The notes below the pieces were generated by a model. The model worked only from the letters and a program-made list of their open reading frames with translations. It did no database searches and was not told the origin of the DNA. Below, piece after piece: positions 51,901 through 64,000 of a DNA stretch of 64,000 nucleotides. Origin of the DNA: Takakia lepidozioides (lineage: Eukaryota; Plantae; Bryophyta); assembly GCA_030704615.1 (NCBI GenBank), contig CM060731.1:16616001-16680000 (forward strand). Reading direction: 5' to 3'. A program made the translations under genes and the position numbers. Within the stretch, counting starts at the first letter, position 1; the number at the start of each line of letters is the position of its first letter.

Positions 51901-52928
51901 TGCTTGGCCGCGCCTGAGTTAGCCCGGGATAGCGGCGGGTAATCTGCGTCCCAGTGAAAGGGCTTGGGGGGGAACCCAGCCCGCTACCCGGCTATCACAC
52001 GTGTGCGGATCTTTATTCCAGGGTTACGGTACATGCACTGGTCCACGGGGGGGGTTGGAAGTTTGAGGTTTGAAGTTTGAACGAATCTTATGGCAGCTCC
52101 GTTCGGTGACTAGACAGAAGGTGCGGGATTGTGGTTCGGAGACAGGTTCGGCCTTCTTCTTCCTGTAGATCAAAACTAGAATTTGCAGAAATTTTCATGG
52201 AAGAATATGATGCTTGTCTGAGCACATTTTACACATGCAACTTTCTTCCAATTCTCTTTCTTCGAGGAACTGCTTGAGAAAACCCGGTTCCGCTCTTTTG
52301 TATGGGGATTGGGTCTGTACAATCTGGCAGGTCGGCCTTGGGAGTCGCGGGCTGCAGGTCCGAGAAGGTGGGCTATGTCTATCGTACCTCATATTAAGTT
52401 GTTTGCTTGTTTTGAAGAGATGATTGATCTTTTGGAGTGAAACTGGTTGGAATGGGGTTTTTTTTCTCAGACTTGATGCGGGTTTAGTTTTGGGCTGCTT
52501 TGTTGAGGGCCCCAACTTCCCTATCGAATCCTGTTATTTTTTGTCCCAGAAGCTCTTTGAGCTTTCCGTGGTTAACTGGGTGGTGTATCTGTCTTGGAAT
52601 CTCGTAGCGAAACCTCATTCTGTATAGCGGATTACACATGAAAGGCTCCACTCTCGTACGCTCCGGAGGACCTTAGGGATTGGAAGGATGCAAGTAAATT
52701 TTATGATTCAATGCTTAACTTCACAAACCCCGCGAAGTAATTTTGGAGGTCCTGATTGAACTCGAATTGAAGAACCTCATTATCACCAGCGCTCCCAAAA
52801 ACTCCTTGGCGGCCACAATTTGAGCTCCCAGCTCCATCTAAAATATAACATGGTTGTCATCGTCATTAGAGAAAGAAGAAGAAATTGGCATGTCTATAAG
52901 ACACTCAAATAATTCATGCAGTTTACAC

Positions 52929-53749
52929 CAGTGTTGGCGGTTCTTGCATTTGTGAAGGAACCTTCGGTTCCGGTTCCACAATTATTTCAAGAGACGGTTC
53001 CGGATCCGGTTCCGGTTTTTTTTTATTGAGCCGGTTCCGGTCCAGTTCCGGATCCAACTTTTAAACATGGGGGCGGTTCCAGTTGCCGGTTAGTTGCTGA
53101 TAAAAACCATCGGTTCCGGTTAGGTTCCGGTTCTATTTTAAAAATATATTTGTTTAATTTAATTAGATTTAAAATATTTTATCAGTCCGGTAGATTAAAT
53201 AGCAGTGTATTCACATATTTGAACTAAAATCCAATGATTTTGTTAGTTTTCACTAACACAAAAAAACAAACAAAAATACTCTAAATAAACTGGTAGAAGA
53301 AAATGGATAAAATTTTATGGGTTGAAAGTATTATTCAGCTACCTGGCAAGTACTGGCATCTTCAAACATTTTAGTAATGAACTTAGCCAGGATATCATGG
53401 AGCTGGAGATTGAGCCCAAGATCTCATGGCGCTGAAGCATTGAACATAGAATCTCATGGCCTTCAAGCATTGAACCCAGGATCTCGGGAGCTTGAGAGCA
53501 TTAAATAAGTTTTGCCCTGGGCCACCAGCCCAACCAAGGGGTCAAGAACCGGAACCTGTTTTTATCCCCCTGCGCCTGGTTCTCCGGTTCTCACACCCAG
53601 CAGGAACCGCCGGTTCGGTTCTGCGCCGATCCCCATTGGCAGGTTCCGGTTCCGGGTCAGGTTGTTTTGTAGGAATGGGCCCGGTTCCGGTTAACCTGAA
53701 CCTGAACCGGCGGTTAACCTGGGTCCCGGCGGGTAACCGCCCAACACTG
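52929..53749. mobile_element. hAT-type MITE, 821 bp
   Basis: TIRs CAGTGTTGG-CGGTT and AACCGCCCAACACTG, perfect 8-bp TSD GTTTACAC (52921-52928 and 53750-53757), subterminal CCGGTT/GGTTCC arrays at both ends, AT-rich core. Confidence 0.93.
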
Positions 53750-54401
53750 GTTTACACCTTAAAGTTGTAACAAGGGAATAGATTGTGCCAGATTAATCTG
53801 ACAAAGTCAGATTAGCATCAAAGAAAAGGTCACGGAGGAGTCCACTCCGCCGGCTTTCTTGAGCCGTCAGCAATCTGTTTTGTCAAACAAACAAGCTGTT
53901 TGTACCCTTGGTGAGGACTGAGGTGGGCCACTCCCTTTCTGGCAGGGCCTAGAAAACTACTAAGAGCCGCTAAATGCCAACAAATTCACGAAGAGTTTGC
54001 CAGCACGAGGCTACGCTTCCAGAAATCAACAACATGAACAACATCAAGATACGTGTGGAGACGGTAGGATCTTCGAAAACTCTTTCATGACTTTCTTCCC
54101 GTCTTACAACATGGAGACACAGCTCCCATGTCTACTTTATGCATCGGAACGACTAACACAGATTCAACTCTTCGTACCTCGCCAAATCTATGCACGACAC
54201 GGACATTGCAGAAATTTCTCGCGTGCCCAGGTCACCTTCCTCGAGCATAATCAAGCTTGACGTTTCTGTCTCAATAGGAGAAGGGCAGGCTGCAACCATA
54301 GCTCTTTGCTTGGCAGTCATCAAGAACGAGCATGCGAGGAGGTAGGCCCCCCAATACCTCGGGCCACCCGGGGCATGTTTTAGCGAGCCCCACTTTAGGG
54401 C

Positions 54402-54832
54402 AGGCCCAATCTGACCGTGGACCCGTGTGTGGTAACTAAATACAATCCAACAAATTATTTCCGCTCAAAAATAAATTTTAGACGCACAACGGGTCCTCGG
54501 GATGAAAGAGCTTGGATATTTCATCCAAAGTTTGGAATGATTTTACGCACACAACAATTCGAAAAACATTTTGCAGTTGGGGGGCGGGCCGCCCGCGGAA
54601 GAGGCGGGCGGGGTGGAGCAGGAGAGAAGAGGAGAGCAAAGGGCGAGGAAGCGCGGGGCGGGCAGCGAGCAGGCGCGCGCTTAGGCAGCAGGGATGCGCG
54701 AGGGTGGGTGGCGCGAGGCATGGAGGGGCGTAGCAGGGAGGAGCGAGGAGGATTAGGGCGGGGAATGGTGCGGGGGAGGAGAGAATTTGCGGGGGAGGAG
54801 AGAGAGCGGGCAATGTGAGTTTACTTAGGGTT
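54402..54832 (+). promoter_or_regulatory. GC-rich promoter/5' UTR of the SWIB gene with site II-like and telo-box motifs
   Basis: AGGCCCA at ~54402, TTAGGGTT at 54825-54832, and another AAACCCTAA at 55310-55318 in intron 1. This pairing is known from plant housekeeping and proliferation promoters. Short motifs can occur by chance. Confidence 0.45.
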
Positions 54833-54908
54833 GGTGCGGGGGGGGGACGGATGTTTGCTTGATGCAAGGAGAGGGTACAGCGGCCATACTCGTGTATGCT
54901 CGTACAAG

Positions 54909-57868
54909 ATGGTGTCAAACGCCGACATAGCCAGCCGTCTGACCTCAGTGCTACGGAAAGCGGACCTAGCGACCACGACCACGACGGCTATCCGGCAGCA
55001 GCTAGAACAGGATTTGGGCGTGAATTTGTCAGATAGGAAGGCTTTTATACGACAGCAAGTTGATCTCTACTTGCAACAGCAGCAACAACAGCAAGAGGAG
55101 GAGGAGGAGGAGGAGGAGGAGGAGGACAACGGGAAGGAAGCTGAGGAAGAGGAGGACGAGAACGACGATGAGGTGGAAGACGAAGAGGATGAGGAGGATG
55201 AGGAGAATGAGGTGAAGCCTGCAAGGGCAAGAAGGAACTCGGAGCCGGATTCGAAGCGGTTGCGCGCGAAAATTGACCGTGCAATCAAGGATAGGTATAG
55301 GCCAATTCAAAACCCTAAAGGAAGACGTTTTTGTGGAACAAAACAACTTGAAATTGCGACGCCAATTTAACAATGGCATGCTCTTTTGGAGGTGCGGGTT
55401 AGGAGGTACTTGGCGTGGCTATGACAACTCTTAGCATTTTGTATTTGACACTGCTCGAGGCCTAAATTGGTAATTTGTCTTGTGCATCTGCGACAGTCTG
55501 CCGAAGGAGAAGAAAAAGAGAAGTGCTGGCTCAGGAGGTCTGAATAAAGCGTGCGGTCTTTCACCAGAGCTCCAAGCAATCATTGGTGAGACGGAGTTGC
55601 CTAGAACTCAGGTACCGTTTGGCCATCCCTGGTACTCTTCATATTTCATTGATACACCAAGTAACTAGGGTTCTGGCTCAGCAAGGGTTCGGTAATGACT
55701 CCTTCATGGCCTTTTTTACTCATGTAAGTTGTGGCTGAGTGTTGTCTATGGCATCAGGAAACACTGGCGTCGTATCTGTACAGTCTTCCTCAAAACAATC
55801 TAGAAGATGGTTTGTATCCTTGAGAAGTGAAATCTTCTACTATGATAGGATGCTTTTCATTGATCACTTTGGCTGCAATTTTCAGTGTCTCCTTTCGCGT
55901 TGTATCCTAATATCAGTCCCCATCTGCTTCAAGAAAATAAATATCTGTGTCCTCTCTCCCCCTAACGAGTGGGTACTGTATATACCTTGCTCTGTGAGCT
56001 CAGTCTGGGTTACACACTCTCAAGTTCGAATTAACCTGATAACAGAACTGCTTTAGAGTTTTAATTTCCTCAAGCAGTTAAGTGTGGCCTGACAGTACTG
56101 GAGTTGCTCAATCTTCTGACTTAATCCCAGGTGAATCTGAACCGCAGGTGGTGAAGCAACTGTGGGTTTACATCCGAGGAAATAATTTGCAAGATCCCGA
56201 GAATAAGCGCAAGATCATTTGCGATGACGCATTACGAGGTCTGTTTGGCACTGATTCGACCGACATGTTCAAAATGAACAAACTCTTGTCCAAGCATATC
56301 TGGCCTCTTCCGCCGGTTGTGGGAGCACCTGGTTTAAGTAGTGACGGGGCAAGACCAAGGTCAGGTCCATCCTCTCGAGCGGACGGTGCTGAAGGTAAGA
56401 AACGTTCCGAAATTTGTGGCAAAAGATGAAAACAGTACATTTAATGTTACAGCTTGACTCATCTGCGGCTGCACGCTTACCATGTGTGATAAATGTACCT
56501 TATCTGCATTTCATGCGCAGGATTTTCCATTAGTGTGTCGGTCTTGACACCGTGGACGATAGTGAGTAGGGGTGAGTGAGACCATGGGAGTCAGGTTTTC
56601 CACATTGCAGAAAATGGTGAGATGAGAAAAAGGGGGGGGAGAGAGTAGTCTGGGAACCACTGTTTTGCGGTTACACAATATAATGATGGGCTTGAGATCG
56701 GGCACTTTTGTGGAGAACCTGGGCAAAGCTCCCTAATCTTGGCTTCAATCTCCTCCGAGATCAATCCTTGAGGTGATAAATGAAGGTCAAAATTTTACCC
56801 CATCGGCCTCTGCTTGGCCTATTCGACAAGCTGATTGCAAATGGAGCTCTATTGACTTGTAGTAATAAGAATCTTCTCACCAATTAACAAAATGTACATT
56901 CTTAAAAAGAATGCCAGCAGAATTTTACGATGCACACTGTCGTATGTGCTGTTGCAGCAGCATGGCTAACCCACATTGGACCTCGGGTGTCAGATTCATT
57001 TATGCAATTGTGCTGAATCTTATCTTGACCAGTGTGCATATCTGGCATTCACAGATGATGGAGAACCAAAACCTAAAAAGCAGAAGACAGAGAAGACTGA
57101 GGGAGGCAGACGAAAGAATACAGGGTTTCTGGCACCACTTCCTGTTTCAGAGGGCCTCGCCAAGTTTCTTGGGGCAGAGGATGGCAAGGTGTCGCGGGCT
57201 GACGCTGTTAAGCGCGTCTGGGATTACATCAAAGAGAATAATCTGCAGGTGGATCCTACATGCTTGGTTGTGATAATGTCCATTTTCTGAGTGGTAGGGA
57301 CTTCAGATGGGTTCTGGTGTTGGGAGGTGGTGACAAACAGAGACAGATTCAGACAATGTACTTGCAAACACAATATTTTGGTGTCCAACGTTTGCGAGCT
57401 GAACCATAAAATTACGGTGGTATAGATCTTAGTTATACCCACTGTTCGCTTGTCATCCTGTGTACAGGATTTGGTGCTGATTTGACTGGTAGCATACTTT
57501 CAAGGTGCCATAAATGTTCATGAAGAACAAATTGTCTTGGTAGGTGGTAAACATTACTTGGGTGCTCAAATACCAGCATGTAGATCGCTCTTTTCATACG
57601 AAAAGGAAGCCAGATAGTAAAGAGAGACTGAACAATCTCAAGACAGGGTGATCCAACCATTTTTGTGTAGCCTTGTTGTTAGCTACAACAGGAGAGGAGA
57701 GAGTGAGAAAGAAAGAGGTCTGAATATCCATGCTGGTGTGTTTTGCAGGACCCAGAAGACAAGAAGATGATTGTGTGTGACGATAGGCTTCAAGAATTGT
57801 TTGGGTGCGACACATTTGTCGGTTTTAGCATCACCAAGCTTTTGTCTCCCCACTTTCTTAAGTCATAA
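54909..57868 (+). CDS. DEK-C plus two SWIB/MDM2 domain protein (UAF30/spp27-like)
   Basis: Exons 54909-55294, 55497-55611, 56148-56394, 57055-57248, 57749-57868. DEK-C MVSNADIASRL..DLATTTTTAIRQQLEQDLGVNLSDRKAFIRQQV, an acidic (GAG)n tract, SWIB1 LSPELQAIIG..PRTQVVKQLWVYIRGNNLQDP..ICDDALRGLF, SWIB2 SRADAVKRVWDYIKENNLQDPEDKKMIVCDDRLQELF. Confidence 0.95.
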
Positions 57869-58809
57869 GATAGGGTATGATGTCGCCAATCCAATCACAT
57901 AAACTGCAGGCACTGCGAGGCATTATCCTTGGTCTTTTGCAGCCACAGTATCACTCACTTTTTCGTTGACTTGGACCCTGTTGGGTAAACCGTTTATCCC
58001 CATGAGAGATCCTGCCCTAGCAGGCAAGAGAAGCCTTGTAGGTTTCCGTCCTCCATGAGCGCTTTGTCCAAATAGTGAACAAAAAATATTCTTTGTTCCT
58101 GGTATCTTCAAACCTCTTCACAGTGATGGATTATGAATATATAGCACTTGTGGACCAATCAAGCACGACAAGCTGGGGATGAAGCTCATTTCTACTTTCT
58201 AGGTGCGTCTGTGACCATCTCGAGGCAAATCCTGCAAACCCGATGCTGTCAACTATTGGATACAGTGGTAGTTTTCATTTTAAGAGGTTGGCATCCTATG
58301 AGGCAAAGCCACATCATCTGTTGGAATGCAAAGAGCGTTTCCTACAGAGATCATACTTTTCTTAACAAGTCTACACACGGACTTAGATTTACGGGATAGT
58401 GGACAAAGTTAATTTTGATTTGGTGGTCCCATGCAGTTAAATGTCTCATTTTAGTTATTTTAAATGTTGTGGTGCCCTGTTACATTGGCTGTTATCTTAA
58501 TTCACCACATTTTTCCTTCCTTTGCGCGATGTTAGCTACTTGTTGCTGATTTCCAGCTGCCTGACACTGCTCCTGCTACCTTATGTTGCAAACCCTTTCT
58601 CTGTTCTCTTTGTCCCTTGCTGTTCCACAAATTCGCTAAAGAAGAAGGTTGACTCCTACCAAAACAACTGTAAATTATGGGGTCACTCCCAAGGGAGTTG
58701 CTAATTGTGACCTTCCCGTTGCTACCCTAGAATTAACCCGGACAACATCCATCTCATCCATTATATATCTTGCCAATTCCAGAATAGGTAACCCTCCTTT
58801 TGACCCACT

Positions 58810-59205
58810 ACAATCCATCTATATTGATGGATCCCTAAAAGATCATGCACATGCAGGTTATGGCGACTACAATATTGGCGCTAATATAAAGAAATACATC
58901 CGCCACAGCAAGCCTTCAAAACATCCTACATGCAGAATTAATGCCATTCATGACGCCTTGTTATGCCTCCCATGCGAAGCCTTTGGAAACAATTACATTT
59001 TTACGATGTTTCCATTTTTACGGATAGCCACGTACTCACAAACCAAGACCAGAAACCATCTTCACAAATAGATTGTCCAGACCTCAATCTCATAAAAGCA
59101 ATCATTGATATTATATCATCTTCATCTCTCCATATACATTTACATAAAGTCCATTCTCATACCAAAATCACAGGCAATGAAATATAACTAGCAAAGCATG
59201 GTGCC
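58810..59205 (+). pseudogene. RNase H remnant of a non-LTR (LINE) retrotransposon
   Basis: Across frameshifts: IYIDGSLKD..AGYG...INAIHDAL...IFTDS...IHLHKVHSHTKITGNE./LAKHGA, matching the DGS, TDS and H..GNE..LAK motifs of RNase HI. Confidence 0.8.
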
Positions 59206-59332
59206 ATACAACCCACTCCACAAATCTCGAACGACCCAATTCACGTAGCTCAGTACCCATTTTTTGCTTACACCTCTCATCCTCAAATTGGACGTGGACA
59301 GCTGGTCATGTCGTAGGTCAGCTCTTGTTTTA

Positions 59333-59383
59333 TAGAGCCCACCCCTAAAAGAGGGCAGTACCTGCATAAGGAAGAGGCTCTTA
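59333..59383 (+). other. Structured-RNA-like module, copy 2 (more decayed)
   Basis: UAGAGCCCACCCCUAAAAGAGGGCAGUACCUGCAUAAGGAAGAGGCUCUUA aligns with the reverse complement of 12343-12395. Confidence 0.5.
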
Positions 59384-59698
59384 CTTATGCTAACTTTGGT
59401 GGCCATCGTAGATCCCTCCTTTATTGGCTCCTCCTATAGAGGGGAGACCACCACACAAAGGTGCGTGTCCAACAGATTGAAGATCATGTTCTTATGTTTG
59501 CGTGTTCCCATGGTTAACTACCTCCGTCATGTTCCTATGTTTGTGTGTTCCCAGTTCATTGGTCATATCAACCCATATAAATATCCACCCACATATATCA
59601 ATCTGAAAAGGGTTCAATGGAGGGTTAACACCGCTCCTTCTATCAATATCAATACCAATATTGTCTCCCTGTTTAATATATCATCTTGGTTGCCTTAA

Positions 59699-60502
59699 CC
59701 CTTAAGTTCCCAAGCCCTTTTTTGACTTTTTACCAATTTTGGGTACCCAGCTGCAGTAAATTGCCCCTAGAAACCTACCAAAACTCATCCAGAGATTCCA
59801 GCCTTATAGTAGTGGGCGCAGCTCATTTATGCATGACATACCAAAAAATGAGCCAAGTCCACCATGGAAATTGTGAGATTATAACGTTGGCCCGGACCTC
59901 AAATATCAGGTCCCAAAGAAAAAGTGACAAAGAAATTGGTTTGACCAAATCAAAACCTAGCTTTATCCAATCTTGCTTGCCCCAAGACCCACCATTTCCA
60001 AATCAATAGTGGAGTGGCTATGACCCCACTAAATTGCAGGTCCAACAAATTTTTTCACCTATGGTTGCTATGCATGCAATTACATGGGAGTTGAAATCTC
60101 AAAATTGACAAGAGATTATGTGCCTCCAAATGAAGTACTTTTTTTCTACAAAAATTTTGAAAGCCAATGGTGGATGTGTGTATGTAATGCTCACACACCA
60201 GATGGTGAAGTGCTTTTTCCAAAATTGCTAATTTTCTGCCAAAAATGGCCTTTGGAGTGCAATCTGTTTTGGGCTTGTTTACCTGCCACGTCAACAAGCC
60301 CTTTTCAGGCCCAAAACGTAAATGAGAGATTTAAGATATTTTTTGTAGGTCGCAGCTTTTGTTTTTTGCATCATACTCGAGATAAATCCCTTGTCATTAA
60401 AGCTTCAGGAGTGGCCCCATCAGATTAGATCTACAAAAATTAGGTCGAACCTCAAATTCAAATTCAAAGTGACCCGATTCAGGTCGCTTGGGAACTTAAG
60501 GG
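59699..60502. mobile_element. piggyBac-type non-autonomous element (MITE), 804 bp
   Basis: Perfect 17-bp TIRs CCCTTAAGTTCCCAAGC and GCTTGGGAACTTAAGGG, flanked by TTAA at 59695-59698 and 60503-60506. Confidence 0.9.
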
Positions 60503-60824
60503 TTAAACAGTGCTTTACCAATTAAGATAATTGGATTTATCAATCCACAAACCATCATTAGCCTTGCCCAGTATATCATTGATCATATCAACCCATGGTC
60601 AATCTAAGCACCACCCACCTGGGATAAAGCACTAAATCAACCACCATCCACCCTTAGCACAGTTAAGTTAATATCATGGTCTAAAACCGTTATATCCAAC
60701 AGGTGAAAATAGAGGTACTTGGTATCATTCGACTCATCATAAAATAAGTGTAATATCACCTTGAGAGCCTCACAGCGTCAGTGTAGTTGTGAGAGGTAAT
60801 TGTTTTTTTGTGAACTAACTCATT

Positions 60825-61335
60825 ATGGCAACTGTGATCAAGAGAGAGCGGCCTTTACTTGATGTAGATGATCTGGATACGAGCGTTAGAGATGCAGCGT
60901 TTTAGGGTCAAGTTTTGTGTCGTTACGGCACCTGTTACAAAACCAACAGTATCTTTGATTCCCCAAGTGCATTTTCATATTTGACGTTATAGACATCTAC
61001 GGGTTTATTACGGTGACCATCATAGTCTCTGGTTCTCTTGTGCAGACTCACTTTGACAAGCTCACACGAGGAGCTTTCATACGTTTGGAGAACTTTTCAG
61101 TCCGTAATAAACAAAAGTTCGAAAGATGAGACTTGGATGTTGAGGTCAAGATGAGCTAAGCCACCAAAGTGGAGATCATCACTCCATTCGTTTCATTTTC
61201 TCTTCACTTTCTCGATGATAATACTATTGTGACCTTCGCCAAAAATGTGCATGAAAAAATTGTACGTAGATAAGTCGTCAACAAATTTGAGCTTACCGTT
61301 GTAGATGGAAACACACAGTCTGATATCCAGATAGT
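60825..61335 (+). pseudogene. RPA70-like OB-fold pseudogene
   Basis: MATVIKRERPLLDVDDLDTSVRDAAF*GQVLCRY...LTL/IDIYGFITVTIIVSGSLVQTHFDKLTRGAFIRLENFSVRNKQKFER*DLDVEVKMS*ATKVEII fits the L.L.D..G..I...F...L..G...I.NF.V...T.V pattern of RPA70 OB folds. Confidence 0.6.
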
Positions 61336-63159
61336 ACGTGCTATCTGTGCTATACCATGTAAAAGCTACCAATCATGTCCATTTTTTGTCGGTCAACAAA
61401 TCCAAGAATTATCTCAATATTTTCATGGATTCTAGTGTTTTGTTTTTTTTTTAAGATAACTAATCTATATTAGAATAACAATTAGATGTCGATAATTCTA
61501 AGATTATAACTTCATTGTCTTGTTCAGCATTGGCCCATGATATTGTAAATGATACTAAAACAAAATGGAAATGTCATGGTTTAGTCATGGTTATCTAGAA
61601 TTACCTACTTCTAGTAGGACATTTTAGATATTTACATTTATATTTTGTGTGTTGGGACTTCATTTGGTCTCACATGCCAAGTGAGGTGTCGAGCCTCACT
61701 TAGGACATGGGGATAGGTTTTCCCCTTGTGAGGATGGAGGAGGCTCATCTTCTTGTAGTTGAGCCTCCATGAGCCTCTCTCACCTCCATAGCTCTAGGTA
61801 TTGAGAGGGAGTGTGGTGAGGGCTTTGTAGGGTGGATTCCCTTAGCAAGGGTGCCTTTGGCTTGACTTACTCTATGTGATTGAGTGGATTCATGAATGGA
61901 GGGTTTCCATTATGTTCACTTCCATTGCTCTTGAGTTACAAGACTTTGCAAGTACTGCAGGGAGAAAGTCTTGTGTGTGTGGAAGCAAAAGGTTTGAAAG
62001 TTTGAGAAGAAGGAGCGTCATCTCTTGTATCTCAAGTGTTGTGACAACCATTTGCCAAGGAAGTGACTTCTATGGTGAAAAGAATGCATTGAGGGTTTGT
62101 AGAAGCATTATTGTGCACCAAGGGTTTGAGAGCTTGGAAAAGAGCTTTTGCATCACAAGAGAAGCGTCTTGTATGTGGAGAAGATAGGCACTAGGGTTTC
62201 AAGAGCAAGCTCTAGTTATTCGTGGTGTGAAAGAGAAGCCAAAGAGCGGCACATGCTTGGGTTAGAAACACCATAGAATGAGTACAACAATGATAGCTTG
62301 ACTCGGAGCATTGAGTAGCTCAAGAGAAGCTAAGAAGTGGTTGTTTTATCCATGGTGAAATGAAGCCAAGTGGGGTTTCATTTGGTTGACAAACAAGCAA
62401 GCTAAGGCGCTAGAAGGGAGTGCTTTTGCTAGTCTATGAGTTCTTGGATTGCTCTTGGTGAAGCAAGTGGTTGACCAAACAAGTGGCGCATGTGTGGAGC
62501 ATGCTTTCCAAGTGCGGCTTCCAACTTCAAACTTGAGGAGAGCTAGAAGGTGAAGGGAACAAGTCATTCTTTTGTATATGAGGTGATACTTATGTGGAGC
62601 ATGTTTTCAGCCCATTGAGGCTTCTATTTTCAAGCCTTGGAGAGCAAGAAGAAAGGAAAAGGGCTGGTTTCCACTTAGGTGAAGGAAAAGCACTTGTAGA
62701 GCACATCTTTGAGTTGGGGTTTCAACCTTAAGCTTGAGGAGAGCACGACTCTTGAGCTAGTAAGTGAAGGGACTTGAATCTTCCTCTTTGCATGAGATGG
62801 AGATGTATTGATGCTTGGAGAAGCAACACATAGAAGCCAAGAATGGAGCATGTGTGTGGATGGCCAAAGGAGAGCACATGAATGAGTGCAAGACTTGGTT
62901 GCTTGTCAAATGAGGTAAAAAACTTTATTCTTGAGTTCCAAAGAGAAGTGAGGTTTGTTGTGTGGCAAATGCATTGCTAGATGACATGGAATCAAGCTTG
63001 GTTGTGGTTTGAGGTGAAGAAGATCAAGGTAGTTTGCCTTGGTATCTCATAGAAGCCATGGATGCTTGAGGAGAGCAAGCATGAAGCTCAAGGAAGCCCA
63101 AATCCTAGCTTGGAATGCACAAACCCTAGCATGAGATGCACATGAAACCCTAGGTTCAT

Positions 63160-63265
63160 GGGAACAGTCACCAAAATGTGGGAACGGTCATCGTAGTCTG
63201 GGAACCATCACCGTAGTCTGGGAACCGTCATCGTAGTCTGGAACCGTCACTATAGGCTGGGAACA
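63160..63265 (+). repeat. ~20-bp minisatellite (GGGAACCGTCATCGTAGTCT, about 5 copies)
   Basis: Head-to-tail units with no spacers. Confidence 0.85.
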
Positions 63266-63439
63266 TAGTGACACACAAAGACAATATAGACCTTTTGGAG
63301 GATTTTCAAGGGCCTTTTGGAGGATTGTTTGGGGGATCTTTAGGGTCCTTTGGGGAGCTTTTGGAAGACACTCTGAGGAGCTTTTGTAAGGCACTTTGAA
63401 GAGCTCTTGAAGAGGTATTTGGATGACTATTTGGAGGCC

Positions 63440-63630
63440 TATTTACAGTCCTTGAAGGCCAAGTTTTGGAAAGTTTTTGGAGCCTTGAAAGGCTATGTGG
63501 AGGACCATTTTGGGGTCTTTGAAGGCCAAGTTTTGGCAAGTTTTTGGAGCTTTTGGAAGGCTATGTGGAGGACCATTTGGGGTCTTTGAAGGCCAATATT
63601 TGGCAAGTTTTTGGAGCCTTTGGAAGGCTG
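63440..63630 (+). repeat. ~60-bp tandem repeat, about 3 copies
   Basis: Recurrent TTGAAGGCCAAGTTTTGGCAAGTTTTTGGAGC..GGAAGGCTATGTGGAGGACCATTT. Confidence 0.8.
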
Positions 63631-64000
63631 TTTGGAGGGCTGTTTGGGGTCCTTAGAGGCGAGCTTGAGGAGTCTTTGGCGACTTGTTGAAAAACTATTT
63701 GGGGTCCTTGAGGGTCGAGATTTGGTAGGCTCTTGGGGCATTGGTGTACTGTTTGGAGTACCATTGTCCAAGCTTTAGGAGTCTTAATGAGATTGTTTGA
63801 GAGACATCTTGAGGGATCTTAGAGAGTTATTTGAGAGATCCTTGAAAGGTCTTGTCTATTGCTTAAGCAAGAGAGTGTGGAGATAGGGTAGTGGGATGAG
63901 AGCATGTTGTGATAGGAATTGCTTTAGTCTCTCTTCCTTGTAGTCTTCCACCCTCTCTGTAGGCCAAAACCTTTCCGTAGGTGGAGGCAAGAGTCAGTCC

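Larger units (their letters stand above)
61572..64000 (+). mobile_element. Long non-coding LTR-type repeat, running off the window end
   Basis: Starts TGTCA, has a second partial copy at 11157-11520, no coding capacity, and internal tandem arrays. TGACA occurs at 63269-63273 without a TSD. Confidence 0.7.

Noticed and set aside
51760-52050. Telomerase RNA, SRP RNA or RNase MRP gene
   Set aside because: No CCCTAAA-type template, SRP helix-8 motif, MRP P4 motif or USE/TATA promoter was recognised.
54417-55379. Arg/Gly-rich, poly-Leu, poly-Pro and poly-Ser ORFs
   Set aside because: These are by-products of the GC-rich 5' region and the antisense frames of the (GAG)n acidic tract.
63160-63265. 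CRISPR-like array
   Set aside because: The units are contiguous with no unique spacers, there are no cas genes, and the context is eukaryotic.
61572-63273. Complete solo LTR (TGTCA...TGACA)
   Set aside because: The flanks GGAAA and CACAA are not a TSD, and repeat-like sequence continues past 63273.
1-64000. tRNA or rRNA genes
   Set aside because: None recognised by eye. tRNAscan-SE and Rfam were not run, so small RNAs may have been missed.

Overview
Eukaryotic, intron-rich land-plant DNA. It is probably a bryophyte or other non-seed plant, inferred from gene content and repeat style and not verified. Four intact multi-exon host genes are present: a HEATR6-like HEAT/ARM protein (-, 30008-14253), a plant-specific coiled-coil protein with a C-terminal membrane anchor (+, 31057-33552), a membrane hybrid histidine kinase with TM-sensor-TM-HAMP-HisKA-HATPase-REC-REC architecture (-, 48933-34738), and a DEK-C/double-SWIB chromatin protein (+, 54909-57868). 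Transposon-rich stretches flank them. The main finding is a decayed Ty3/Gypsy retrotransposon (about 5.0-11.2 kb) whose polyprotein carries a DNMT3-like C5 cytosine methyltransferase between gag and RT, and a C4HC3 PHD finger at the end of integrase. The middle of the methyltransferase is hidden by a ~400 bp inversion. Flipping it back puts motifs I, IV, VIII, IX and X in canonical order, with motif VI deleted at the junction. Also present: a piggyBac-type TTAA MITE and a possible piggyBac transposase remnant, a hAT MITE with a perfect TSD, a two-copy structured-RNA-like module, LINE remnants, an RPA70-like pseudogene and a long LTR-type repeat. All coordinates and translations were read by eye, and no database searches were run.
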